From positions 18,602 to 82,601 of IMG/VR virus record IMGVR_UViG_3300024999_000072: DNA of 64,000 bases; one strand, given 5' to 3'. Source of the stretch: a virus. The position numbers were made by a program, and so were the translations under genes. The notes beneath the pieces were generated by a model. That model saw only the letters and a list, made by a program, of their open reading frames with translations. It did not search any database and was not told the DNA's origin. Shown in pieces: positions 48,179 through 58,481 of the stretch (positions are counted from its first letter, which is position 1; every line of letters begins with the position of its first letter).

Positions 48179-48286
48179 ATTGCCAAATTTCGTTTAGGTA
48201 AAACCTAGTTCGACACAATCACTGAATAATTGTATCCCTCCAAATCTATAATGCAAAAATTTATAGATTAGGGGTGCAAGAGTAAG

Positions 48287-49498
48287 GTGAAAAACGCATT
48301 AAATCTTCCAGGATATAGGGTTCTAGATTTCAAGCAAAACAAGTTCGATTACCTCTTCATAATCGAACCAGACGAAACACAAATACTAATCTGCACCCAT
48401 TGTGGAAGTATTGGTACTAAGTTCAAAAAGCATTCTGTGAGGCTCAGAGATGTTGTAGACCTACCGTCCCAGGGGAGAAGAGTTTTATTGAGAGTAAAGC
48501 ACCGCAGATATGAATGTACTGAGTGTGGTGCCACGTTCTACGAACTGCTAAACGGTATAGATTCCTTTGCTAAAATCACAAACCGACTTAGGGATTACAT
48601 CATGGACAAGGCGGTTAAAAGGACATACGAGGAGGTTGGTGAAGAAGTCGGACTTACTGGTCAATCGGTAAAGCGTCACTTTCAAGAAGTGATTGCTCAA
48701 GTAAGCGTAGGCAAAACATTGAAAGCTCCAAATGTACTTGGTATGGATGAAGTGCATGTCAGGGGAAGGGCAAGGGGCGTGTTTACAGACATCGAGAAAG
48801 GTAAGTTGATAGACATGCTACCCGATGACAACAAGCCGACCATGAAAGCCTTTATATTGAGCCTAGACGGCTATGAAAACATAAAGGCAGTAACTATGGA
48901 CATGAAGCCAGCGTACAGGCTTATAGTCGAGGATGTTCTTCCTAATGCAAAAGCGATAATTGATAGGTTTCATGTAATCCAAGCGGTCAGTAGGGTCCTT
49001 TCGTTGTACTTTAATGCCATCAAACGTAAAGCCACTAAAGAGGATAAGGAGTACCTATGGGGCATGAGGAAAATCCTTTTTATGGGCAAAGAGAAGTTAG
49101 TCGAAAAACAAATTGGCTTAAGAGACATTTGTTTCCTGAGATACCCTTTGTTAAAGACTGGATATTGGCTGAAAGAGGACTTAAGGGATGTATACAAGGC
49201 TACGAATGACATAGAGGCTAATGAACTGTTTTGGTACTGGGAAGAGAGTGTTCCAAAAGACTTAAAGCACTTTGTGAAGCTGAAGAACAAGGTAAACAGG
49301 TGCAAGAAAGAGATAATTAATTACTTCAGATTTCCCGAAGAAAGATATTCAAATGCTCTTACTGAAAGTCTTAACAGACCGACCAAAGATTTAGTTAGAA
49401 CTGGTAGGCGAAGCAATTTTGAGACCATCCGTGCAAAAGTTCTCAAAGGTCAATATGTTAAGAAAAAACCACCAATCGGTACACTTGGTTTCGACTAA
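48287..49498 (+). CDS. ISL3-family transposase (element ends not resolved)
   Basis: CTHC/CTEC zinc finger, GMDE, TMDM, IDRFHV, NALTESLN. Confidence 0.92.
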   Translation: MKNALNLPGYRVLDFKQNKFDYLFIIEPDETQILICTHCGSIGTKFKKHSVRLRDVVDLPSQGRRVLLRVKHRRYECTECGATFYELLNGIDSFAKITNRLRDYIMDKAVKRTYEEVGEEVGLTGQSVKRHFQEVIAQVSVGKTLKAPNVLGMDEVHVRGRARGVFTDIEKGKLIDMLPDDNKPTMKAFILSLDGYENIKAVTMDMKPAYRLIVEDVLPNAKAIIDRFHVIQAVSRVLSLYFNAIKRKATKEDKEYLWGMRKILFMGKEKLVEKQIGLRDICFLRYPLLKTGYWLKEDLRDVYKATNDIEANELFWYWEESVPKDLKHFVKLKNKVNRCKKEIINYFRFPEERYSNALTESLNRPTKDLVRTGRRSNFETIRAKVLKGQYVKKKPPIGTLGFD

Positions 49499-49524
49499 AA
49501 CCACATTTAATTGCTAAAAAAGGA

Positions 49525-50364
49525 GTGGTCGAAATAAATAAAATATCCACTACGAAAGTTGATTACCCTTATGTTTATGAACGGGATTCAAATTACGAGA
49601 ATGAAACTTATAACAAAGGTGTAATGCTCGACGAGTTTTACCTCAAAGATATTGATGGTGGAAGAGACGAAGTTAAAAGGATTGCGAAAGAACGTTATTG
49701 CGGAGAATCATCCAAAACCTTATCGTTTGCAAAACCAAAGAAGAAAGATGGAATTTACGCAATCGTTATGGATAGCAACAAGTTTTTCTATGACAGATTC
49801 TATGTCGCATTGGACACATATTGCTTCTGGCATGATTGCCACAAACCGATTAAAGGAAAGATGTCGGGATTTCCAAAAAGCCATATAGGAGGAGTGGGTG
49901 AAGGAGACGAGAAGGAATTTGCTCATTTCTGCTCCTATGAATGCAAGAGACATTCCGACAATGCGATTAGTCCTTTTAGCGAAGGAGAATTCCAACTTAA
50001 AGAAGCGGGTAGTAACGGAAATATCTATGGTTACATCTACCTCATTTATAATCGCTCAGAAAATACTTACTACATCGGCCAAACGAGGTTTATGCCGTTC
50101 TTTAGGTGGCAGGAACATATCAAAGATGGCGGAAAGGGCGATATTAAAGATTTAACCTTTAGTGTCTTGGCTGAGATAAGTCGTAATAAATCATCCGGAG
50201 ATACTGCAAATCAAGATTATCTGAACAGCATTGAAGCGTGGTGGATTGCAAAGTTTAAAGCGGAAGCGCACAAAGTCTTTAATATCACTAAGCCAAAAAT
50301 AACGATCGAGTACTTGAAAGATAGGTTTGACGAGATGGTTATTAGATCAAATACTTTATTTTGA
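49525..50364 (+). CDS. GIY-YIG nuclease-domain protein with Zn finger
   Basis: GYIYLIYN...YYIGQT...RWQEH; FCSYEC. Confidence 0.8.
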   Translation: MVEINKISTTKVDYPYVYERDSNYENETYNKGVMLDEFYLKDIDGGRDEVKRIAKERYCGESSKTLSFAKPKKKDGIYAIVMDSNKFFYDRFYVALDTYCFWHDCHKPIKGKMSGFPKSHIGGVGEGDEKEFAHFCSYECKRHSDNAISPFSEGEFQLKEAGSNGNIYGYIYLIYNRSENTYYIGQTRFMPFFRWQEHIKDGGKGDIKDLTFSVLAEISRNKSSGDTANQDYLNSIEAWWIAKFKAEAHKVFNITKPKITIEYLKDRFDEMVIRSNTLF

Positions 50365-50404
50365 GCTAAAATATCGCAACAGTCCCATTCTGGGGAGTTG
50401 AAAA

Positions 50405-50779
50405 TTGATGAGTTGGGATGAATGCAACGCATGTCTAAAGAATATCCAGCACGATGGAAAATGTTATGGAAAAGACGGCTCTATTCCGTGTTTAATCTAT
50501 GAACGCGATCCTCGCGGAGTTAGAAAATACATCGATAACATTAGATTCGACATTCCACTCCATGTAGATATTCCGGAAATAGGGAAGCCGAATACCGATT
50601 GGACATTGGATGGAATTAGTAAAACCCAAACCATCGTGAAGATTATTAAGGTCGAGTGGAATAAAAACGCCAAAGGATTACAAGGAGTTAGTTTTTGGGC
50701 AGATATTTGGTACTGGTCGGATGAAAACGGAGAGCTGCCGCCAAAGAAGCAGAAGTTGAGACTTGTCGACAGGAAGTAG
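50405..50779 (+). CDS. Hypothetical Cys protein
   Basis: CNAC..C..C N-terminus. Confidence 0.65.
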   Translation: MMSWDECNACLKNIQHDGKCYGKDGSIPCLIYERDPRGVRKYIDNIRFDIPLHVDIPEIGKPNTDWTLDGISKTQTIVKIIKVEWNKNAKGLQGVSFWADIWYWSDENGELPPKKQKLRLVDRK

Positions 50780-50801
50780 ATAAACGGTAAATTAAGGAGG
50801 A

Positions 50802-51095
50802 GTGAATACGAGAAAGTTGATCGCATTATTAGCCATCTCGGTGTTTATACTTACTGGTTGTGGATCTAATCATGTCCAACCCGTACCACAACCAGTTGAG
50901 CAGGAAGACGATGATGAAATGGGCTGGTTCGCCGATGAGGTTCTGGACATGGACGATTGGGGAGAGAAAAAGAAGTCCAAGGTCAAGCCTGGGGTTGAGG
51001 TTGCAAAACCAAAAACTGAGGTTAAACCAAGTCCTAAGCCGAAGCCGAAACCGAAGATCGACGCTAAAAAGCAGAGCGCAAAGCAAAAAGCTTAG
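50802..51095 (+). CDS. Lipoprotein with acidic then K/P-rich tail
   Basis: Lipobox LTGC. Confidence 0.75.
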   Translation: MNTRKLIALLAISVFILTGCGSNHVQPVPQPVEQEDDDEMGWFADEVLDMDDWGEKKKSKVKPGVEVAKPKTEVKPSPKPKPKPKIDAKKQSAKQKA

Positions 51096-51103
51096 GAGAG
51101 GAG

Positions 51104-51517
51104 TTGGAATTGATGGAAAACGGTGAAATCAAGTTTCGGGCTTGGTATTCAAGCGTAAAGAAAATGCGTCACTTCGCGAACGGCATGATTATAGCTGATG
51201 GACCAGATAGATACGGAATGTTCTTTCCTCTCACCGAAGGTAGCGTTTTCTTGAGCAAATGTGAAGTTATGCAATTTACAGGCCTCAAAGACTCCAAGCG
51301 AACCGAGGAATATCCCGAAGGTCAGGAGGTATACGCGGGAGATATCGTCAAAGCTTGGAAGCATAATGAAACTCCTTTTACCCATGAAATAAAGCATCGG
51401 AACGGCATTTTTTGGTTTGGAAACTGGAATTGGTCTGAATTCCAAAACATCTTCAGAAATATCGAAGTTATTGGGAATCGGTGGGGAAATCCAGAATTAA
51501 CGGAGGTGGCACAATGA
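51104..51517 (+). CDS. YopX-family protein
   Basis: IKFRAW, MQFTGLKD, GDIV, EVIGN. Confidence 0.9.
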   Translation: MELMENGEIKFRAWYSSVKKMRHFANGMIIADGPDRYGMFFPLTEGSVFLSKCEVMQFTGLKDSKRTEEYPEGQEVYAGDIVKAWKHNETPFTHEIKHRNGIFWFGNWNWSEFQNIFRNIEVIGNRWGNPELTEVAQ

Positions 51518-51981
51518 GCAAACTAAAACCATTAGTAACCGAAACCCCTGAAGGTAATTACCAAAACCTTCACAACATGACAGGCATTGACGCAAACAAG
51601 GAAGTATATCTTCGCGACTTTGATGGAAAAGGAAATATCAGCCTGGTTGAATACTGTCAGAAGGAATGCCAAGAGAAATGTGAATTTACTTCCGACACAT
51701 CAGCCGAAGAATTTGGAGAAGGTATGGATTGCGCTTGCCCTATAGCCCTGCTCTATCATATGGCTGTCGGTCATGCCGAACTCAGACATAGGCTAGGACA
51801 ATACGAGGCGACGGGATTAAGCCCGGAAGAGATTACCGGAAGAACCTGCGAGTACATCGAAGAAGATGATGAAACGTGGAATTGCTCCAAATGTCCTGCT
51901 AATTGGACATTTACCGACGGAGGTCCCGAGGATAACAAAGTAAACTATTGCCCGGAATGCGGAAGGAAGGTAGTTGCGTAG
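51514..51981 (+). CDS. Hypothetical protein with C-terminal zinc ribbon
   Basis: YEATGLSPEEI; NYCPECG. Confidence 0.75.
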   Translation: MSKLKPLVTETPEGNYQNLHNMTGIDANKEVYLRDFDGKGNISLVEYCQKECQEKCEFTSDTSAEEFGEGMDCACPIALLYHMAVGHAELRHRLGQYEATGLSPEEITGRTCEYIEEDDETWNCSKCPANWTFTDGGPEDNKVNYCPECGRKVVA

Positions 51982-52013
51982 ATAAAACATGTCGAGGACG
52001 AAGAAGGAGAAAT

Positions 52014-52235
52014 ATGACGGGCGGAACGTTAATTTACAGATGCAGACTTTGTGGAGAACTAGAAGAATCAGATCATGCCCCTTGTGGAAATACGGCTCTT
52101 ATCTGCACGGTTCTCAATACACCAACTCCCGAAGATTGGGGACCTATGGTTCCTAAAATGCTAGGAATTCATACATGCGCAAACGGTTGTCTTGGTGTAA
52201 CTGATCTCGTAGGAGTAGAACTTGATGAATCATGA
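52014..52235 (+). CDS. Small Cys/His protein
   Basis: YRCRLCG..HTC. Confidence 0.65.
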   Translation: MTGGTLIYRCRLCGELEESDHAPCGNTALICTVLNTPTPEDWGPMVPKMLGIHTCANGCLGVTDLVGVELDES

Positions 52236-52581
52236 AGAATCGGACCACCAAATTGCTCTATTCCAGTGGGCGGAATGGATGCGAAATAAACACCCTGAAC
52301 TCGCACTTCTCCACTCAATCCCAAACGGAGGAAAGAGAAACGTCATAGAAGCGGCGAGATTGAAACGGGAGGGAGCATTGGCAGGAGTGAGCGATATCTT
52401 CCTGCCGGTTGCTCGGGGCGGGTTTCATGGGTTATATATCGAATTGAAAGTCAAAGGTGGAAAACTTAGCACTGCACAAGAATGGTGGTTGTGGGAAGTT
52501 GAGTGTCAAGGGTATTGCGCAAAAGTTTGTTATGGATGGATTGAGGCAAAGGAAGTTATTGAGGGGTACCTTAAGGCTTGA
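52222..52581 (+). CDS. VRR-NUC nuclease
   Basis: HSIPNGGKR, GVSD, YIELK. Confidence 0.92.
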   Translation: MMNHEESDHQIALFQWAEWMRNKHPELALLHSIPNGGKRNVIEAARLKREGALAGVSDIFLPVARGGFHGLYIELKVKGGKLSTAQEWWLWEVECQGYCAKVCYGWIEAKEVIEGYLKA

Positions 52582-52937
52582 AATGGTGGGAAGAAAGTAT
52601 GAATGAATTTCAGAGAAGAGGATTGGTTTTAACAAAGGAACCAATCCCGACCGAAAAATACGAAATACCAAAAGACCTAATGATTGCAATATCGAACCTA
52701 ACCATGAACGGAACACAGTGGAAGATGTTGTGGAGCGTATTCGTAAATAATTATAACAACGCCTCAAGAGAGATGTCTTCCGATACAATGTCGGAAATCA
52801 CAGGCTATAGCAAGAGACACCTCCGGCAGGAAATGAAGAAACTTTTTGAAAGGAGAATTCTAACAGAGACGATCCGGCCAGGACCAAGGAACGCAAGAGT
52901 TATTAATATCAATAAAAACTATGCCGAATGGGAATGA
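52578..52937 (+). CDS. wHTH protein similar to replication protein O N-terminus
   Basis: SEITGYSKRHLRQEMKKL...INKNYAEW. Confidence 0.7.
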   Translation: MKWWEESMNEFQRRGLVLTKEPIPTEKYEIPKDLMIAISNLTMNGTQWKMLWSVFVNNYNNASREMSSDTMSEITGYSKRHLRQEMKKLFERRILTETIRPGPRNARVININKNYAEWE

Positions 52938-52987
52938 GGCCACAAGGAAGTTTGGATGGGAAAGTATTTAGAGACTGGAGGACGCGC

Positions 52988-53902
52988 ATGCCAAAAGTAG
53001 ATGATGTAGCCTATTTGGTACGAATGATTGGAAACAAATTTTACACACAGGCCAGAGATTTTGTGGGAAAAATGGCTGAGCAAGAACGTCAGAGCGGGCG
53101 AGAACAATCGGCAAAAAAACTAGAACAAGCCTTGATTAACTGGACAGACGCTAAACTTATTGAATTACCAAGTAACGTCCAAAAACTTGTATGGGCAGAG
53201 GAACCGAGATTTTTGCTTAGTGAGTTATATCTTGATAAGGAAGTATTTGGTGCTATTCAGTCGTTTTTACTGGATAGGATAAATATAGAGGCCCTTGAAG
53301 ATGCCGGACTAGCACCGCGTAACAGAATCCTACTCGCCGGACCACCAGGTAACGGAAAAACATCACTAGCCGAAGCGTTGGCGAATGAGCTTGAATTACC
53401 ATTCCTTTCGATCAAGCTTCACGAGACAATCGAAGGACATCTTGGGGAGACATCATCTAGGTTAGGAAGAATTTTTGAATACGCTAAGTTTAATAATTGC
53501 CTGATATTTCTAGATGAGCTGGATTGCTTAGGATCACAAAGGACTGTTGGAGCTGAAAACGCAGACAGGGAACGCAATTCAATTGTTAATACCTTACTTA
53601 CCAACTTAGACCGTATACCCGAAGGAAGTATAATCATCGGGGCTACAAACTTACAGGAAGCAATCGACGGAGCGTTAGAGCGTAGATTTAACCTTAAGTT
53701 GTGGTTAGGTAATCCGAGTGATGAGCAAATAAAGTTATTCGTCGGTTCATACCAACTGCAACACAGCGTAAGTTTGCCGGAGTTCTCAGGGTTATCAGGT
53801 AAGTCATGGTCAAGAGTGGCAGAGTTTTGTGTTAATTGTCACAGAGCGCTCGTTTTAGGTGATGAAAATGTTTGTCATGATGATTGGGTGGGGAGGAAGT
53901 AA
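52988..53902 (+). CDS. AAA+ ATPase, IetA-like, without a protease partner
   Basis: GPPGNGKT, LGET, FLDELD, ATN...ALERRF. Confidence 0.85.
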   Translation: MPKVDDVAYLVRMIGNKFYTQARDFVGKMAEQERQSGREQSAKKLEQALINWTDAKLIELPSNVQKLVWAEEPRFLLSELYLDKEVFGAIQSFLLDRINIEALEDAGLAPRNRILLAGPPGNGKTSLAEALANELELPFLSIKLHETIEGHLGETSSRLGRIFEYAKFNNCLIFLDELDCLGSQRTVGAENADRERNSIVNTLLTNLDRIPEGSIIIGATNLQEAIDGALERRFNLKLWLGNPSDEQIKLFVGSYQLQHSVSLPEFSGLSGKSWSRVAEFCVNCHRALVLGDENVCHDDWVGRK

Positions 53903-54406
53903 ATGAAAACACATTATCTAAAAACAACGCCTGAATTTTTTCAAGACGTAAAATCGGGCGCGAAAATATTCGAAGTGAGGTTTAACGACCGCGATTATCA
54001 AGTTGGAGATACGGCAGTTTTGCAGGAGTGGTTGCCGCACAGCGAACAATATAGCGGCGATGAGATAACTAAAAAGATCACATATATCCTTGACGATAAG
54101 GTGTATTGCTCGCCAGGCTACGTGATTATGTCATTAGGAGAAATCGTGGGTGATGGCGAAAAAGTCGTTTTAGAAGTTGTCGAAGAACTCCAGAAAGCCA
54201 TAGAAGTCCATTCTTTATTTACATCTGCCCACCACGGATACGCTATCATTCTTGAAGAGTTAGATGAACTTTGGGATGAAATCAAGAAGAAAAAGTGTAA
54301 CCGTGATGTGAGAAACATGCGAGCAGAGGCTGTGCAGGTAGCGGCCATGGCGATTAAATTTATTATGTCGATGGATAATGACTGGAAAAACGAGGTAGCG
54401 AAATGA
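53903..54406 (+). CDS. DUF3850/ASCH domain fused to MazG-like helical domain
   Basis: FEVRFNDRDYQVGD; EELDELWDE...EAVQVAAMA. Confidence 0.8.
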   Translation: MKTHYLKTTPEFFQDVKSGAKIFEVRFNDRDYQVGDTAVLQEWLPHSEQYSGDEITKKITYILDDKVYCSPGYVIMSLGEIVGDGEKVVLEVVEELQKAIEVHSLFTSAHHGYAIILEELDELWDEIKKKKCNRDVRNMRAEAVQVAAMAIKFIMSMDNDWKNEVAK

Positions 54407-57091
54407 AAAATATGTTAGCCATAAACGGCAGTTATTGCACCGACCAAGACAAGGGATTAATACTCGGCAAACGCAACGATGCTGTAATCGTGGATAAGTC
54501 TGGATTAGTATCAACTCTCAGACTGTTGGCTGACCTGGTAGAGAATGACGAGTTTGAGCTGAAACGGCTTGAGGTAATCAAGCCTAAGCAAGGGGTGCTT
54601 TGTGATAAAAGAACCTAACCGAACGCCAATAAACCAAGAAAAGGTGAAAGAAATACTGGCTAAAATGCCAATTCGAAAGGCATGTGCACTCTCAATGATT
54701 AGCGGCGGATCTATTCCGTGTAAAGAGGAAGGGTGCGCTTGGTGGGTATCTAGTACCGGGATGTGTGTAGTTAAGGATTTAGCGCATACTCTGAAGTTGA
54801 TCTTGGGAGGTAAGGTGAATGGCAAGAACGGCAACGCCTGAAAAATCGTTTATTGCAGTAACTACGCAGGGCAGTAATATTCGTCACTCAATTAAATTTA
54901 TCAACCAAAAAGGAACCTTCGTTTACTCGCCAACATGTGATTCGTGTCAGCATCAAGGTAATGTTCAGGATAATCTTGGTTACGCAATACTTAATCATAC
55001 GTGCGACCGTGACGAAGGGACTTGGAGAAAGCAAAAGAATTACAGTTATCTAGATCATAAGCCATGCAAGTTCTTTAAGCCCAAGGAGGTCCATCCTAAT
55101 GCCACCTTGTAAGTGCCTAACCTCCTGCAAGGGACAAGCTTGTGTATGCAATGACTGCAAAGCCAAGAAAGACTGCAAATATGTCTATACCGGGGATTGT
55201 CGGTTTATCGAGATTGGAGGATTGAAGTAGATGGCTGAAATTACCGTTAGTTTGACTGACGAGCAAGAGAAGTTCCTGAAACTGTTTGCATCAAAACAGT
55301 TCGAAGGTAGCCGAGATAACGTGGGTACCCACAATCCTTTGCATTTTGTTCAAACTCAAGGCGAGCGAGTTGTCGATCCTGATTATGACAATCCTGACAG
55401 GGTAAAATATGTCGTTACGGATGATGATTACAAGGAATACGAATCAGCTCAAGATCTAGTAAAAGGTTTCTGGGATAACTGTTCGAGCGAATGTCCTATT
55501 GAAATAGTTAGCTATGAGGAAGCGTATCGAGCAAAAGAATTCATCGGCGTTAATGGGGATGAACAAATAATCACGGATAAAGATGATTACTTAGAAGCTT
55601 ATGGGATTGATGAAAAGTCTTATAACAAAGTAAATACCTGTTACGAATACAGGACGGTGGCCGTGTTCTTCATTCTCGACGAAGCAAAGAAGTATCTCGA
55701 GTACCAAGGCCACAACCTTACCAATCCAAGGACATACACGGTTGGTGCTGGTTACGCCAACAAAGGTGAATATCATCACTTTTGGGAGTTGTTGTTTAGC
55801 ATGGGCAAGCAACTGAATGAAGCCTCTGAGACACCGAAATGAGCAACGAAGAAATCAAACGCCGGCTGAAAATCCTATGGGATAAATATATCCCTATGCC
55901 CGATGTAAACAGCCAAAAGAAGGTGTGACGATGAAGACCGTAACATACGATGGTGAGAGGTATACAGTCAGTGTTCCTCGACCTATCGGGGATGGATTGC
56001 ATACTTGCGACGCATGGAAGCAGAGGACGGGTAAGGAGATCAAGAGCGCTGACATGCTCGACAGGTTGGGGAAAGCTTGGTTTAAGGCGAATGGAAGGAG
56101 ATAAGGCGGATGAAAATAGAGAATGCAGACAATGGAAAAGGATCATACCTAATGGACTATTCCTTGGATTTCAACATTTCTCAGACAATTGGACCGAATG
56201 ACCCAATTAAGCCAGACATTGCCCATCATGACCATGACAAAAAGATCAAAGATGAGGTTGTTAAGAGATTCAATATGCATGAGAGATTGGCTGAAATTAT
56301 CGCCAGAAACCTAGTGGCATGGGATACGTCGAAGGATAAGTCAACCGGCCTATTGCCTGAAGTTTATCTCACAAATAAACGTTACTATGAACTAATGACC
56401 GGGGAAGAGTACACGTTCAGAAGGGCTTGCAAGAGGTTCAATATCGGGGGGTAATGGAAGGAGATAGAGTTATTGGATGCATCGATGCGGATTATTATAT
56501 CGTGTGATATGGGTGGAGTCAGTGAGGCGGCTAGGGAGTTGCTTTGTATTTGCCGAGAACGTTGCGAAGAACTTGCAATTGCCATAATGAATATCGTCAC
56601 GCAGCCAAAGTTCAAAGAGATGATGTCGAAGATTTCGGATATTTACCTTGACACGATTGACCCAAAAGGATTAAACCTCCTAGACCGGCAACGAGCCTGG
56701 CATAAAAACCGTAACAACTACCGAAAGGTCTGCTGTTTACCCTTGATGCGTCGACCGAGATGTCGATGGAGGACAAGAGAGAGCCGGAGGAATCTGGACG
56801 GGGTTAGTCCTGGGGATGTAGTACTGGATAACGAAGGGAGTTGCGAAGATGCCGAAAGTTAACGATACTAAAACACTGGATGATGTCGCGAAGGGCAAAG
56901 TTCTAACCGAAGTAAAATATCGAGATTTAGCGGATCTAATTTTCATACTTCAGGATCAAGCGAATCTCTACCACGGTCAGGATGAATGTTGCGACGAGTT
57001 AACAGTTAACCAATTCACAGAGTGGCTTCTCACAATGAAGGGGTCGGTGGAGTTGGTTGAGTATCTGCCAAGGCCGAAGCGGGAGGGATAA
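54403..57091 (+). other. Run of small middle-gene hypothetical CDSs (54403-54618, 54602-54841, 54819-55112, 55231-55842, 56110-56454, 56473-56862, 56849-57091)
   Basis: Packed plus-strand ORFs with RBSs; no function recognised. Confidence 0.7.
55099..55230 (+). CDS. 43-aa, 8-Cys peptide absent from ORF track
   Basis: RBS AAGGAGGT; MPPCKCLTSCKGQACVCNDCKAKKDCKYVYTGDCRFIEIGGLK. Confidence 0.65.
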   Translation: MPPCKCLTSCKGQACVCNDCKAKKDCKYVYTGDCRFIEIGGLK

Positions 57092-57094
57092 CGC

Positions 57095-57343
57095 ATGAAA
57101 AATTCATTGGGTGATCTAAACAACCATTTATTCGCCCAACTAGAGCGCTTAGGAGACGAAGAACTTAAAGGGGAAGACCTGCAAGAAGAAATCGGTAGAG
57201 CAAAATCAATTTCTGATATCGCAACACAAGTTATTGCGAACGGGACGCTAGTGCTAAAGGCAAGTTTGGCTATAAATGACGGTGACATGAGAGCAAGCGA
57301 TACAAAGTCTAAAGGGAGATTACTTGAATTGCTTGGGGGTTAA
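57095..57343 (+). CDS. Phage protein MKNSLGDLNNHLFAQLERL, copy 2
   Basis: First 23 aa identical to copy 1. Confidence 0.85.
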   Translation: MKNSLGDLNNHLFAQLERLGDEELKGEDLQEEIGRAKSISDIATQVIANGTLVLKASLAINDGDMRASDTKSKGRLLELLGG

Positions 57344-57346
57344 GGT

Positions 57347-57928
57347 ATGCATCACTATACGCCAGAACAGGTTTCCTTCATTGAAGAGAATGTAGTAGGC
57401 CTTAGCTATAGAGATTTGACCGAAATATTCAACAAGCGCTTCAGCCTAGAATTAAGATTAAATCAAATAAGAGCATTTTCAAGAAATCATAAATTGACTA
57501 ATGGTTTGGATGGGGGTTTTAAACCAGGGAACATACCGCTTAATAAAGGCAGGAAAGGTGTCGACGGATGGGCCCCTACTCAATTCAAAAAAGGTAACAA
57601 GACGTGGAATTGCTTACCTGTTGGAACGGAAAGGTTAAACGGTGACGGTAATATAGAAATTAAGGTAGCTGATCCAGGCGAGTGGAAAACTAAGCATGTA
57701 TCAGTTTGGGAGTCCGTAAATGGCCCAGTGCCAAATGGACACGTAGTAATTTTCGGGGATAGGAACAACCGAAATTTTGAACCTAGCAATCTCATCCTTG
57801 TTTCACGGAAGCAACTCGCAAAGTTAAACCAACATAATCTTATCCAAGACGACGCTGATCTAACAAGGACAGGGGTTATCATCGCTGATATTTATAACAA
57901 AATCGGCGAGAGAAAGAAGGGAGAATAA
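57347..57928 (+). CDS. HNH_3-like protein with TQFKKG motif, copy 2
   Basis: HVSVWESVNGPVPNGHVVIFGD...SNL. Confidence 0.85.
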   Translation: MHHYTPEQVSFIEENVVGLSYRDLTEIFNKRFSLELRLNQIRAFSRNHKLTNGLDGGFKPGNIPLNKGRKGVDGWAPTQFKKGNKTWNCLPVGTERLNGDGNIEIKVADPGEWKTKHVSVWESVNGPVPNGHVVIFGDRNNRNFEPSNLILVSRKQLAKLNQHNLIQDDADLTRTGVIIADIYNKIGERKKGE

Positions 57929-57970
57929 GTCCTTGTGTGGATTTAAAAGTGAATAAAGGAGGTAAAGGGC

Positions 57971-58471
57971 TTGGATGAAACTGAAGTCGTTGAAGAAAAA
58001 AAGAAACGCGAGCGACCTGAGTGGTACGAAAAAACGGTAAGACGTTTCCATTCTTACCGGGAAGATAAAATTTATCTGGATATACTTGTGGCGCGATATG
58101 AAACACAATTTCCAAGCAATACGGCCCAAATAAGTCTAAGCCCTGGACGCTCCATTGGAATAACAGGTGACCAGACAGGATCCAATGCGTCAAAACGAAT
58201 ACAGATTGAAAGGGAAATTGTCGAGCAGAGGCTTAAGCTTAAAGAGTTCGAAATTATTTTTAACTCATTTGGTAAGGAGCAGCAAAAGCTAATAAGGTTA
58301 AGATACCTCGAAAGATACAAAAAGGATAAAGATTTATATTTTGAATTACACATGCCAAAAAGTACCTATCGACGTATTAGGGATATGATTGTTTTTGACT
58401 CTGCAGTCGCGTTTGGTTTTTGCTCTCGAGATCAGGTTAGTTTTGAAGAAATGAGGTCTTGGTGGGAATAG
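57971..58471 (+). CDS. RinA/ArpU-like late transcription activator
   Basis: KLIRLRYL...STYRRIR C-terminal HTH; last gene before late promoter. Confidence 0.8.
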   Translation: MDETEVVEEKKKRERPEWYEKTVRRFHSYREDKIYLDILVARYETQFPSNTAQISLSPGRSIGITGDQTGSNASKRIQIEREIVEQRLKLKEFEIIFNSFGKEQQKLIRLRYLERYKKDKDLYFELHMPKSTYRRIRDMIVFDSAVAFGFCSRDQVSFEEMRSWWE

Positions 58472-58481
58472 CATGAATTTA

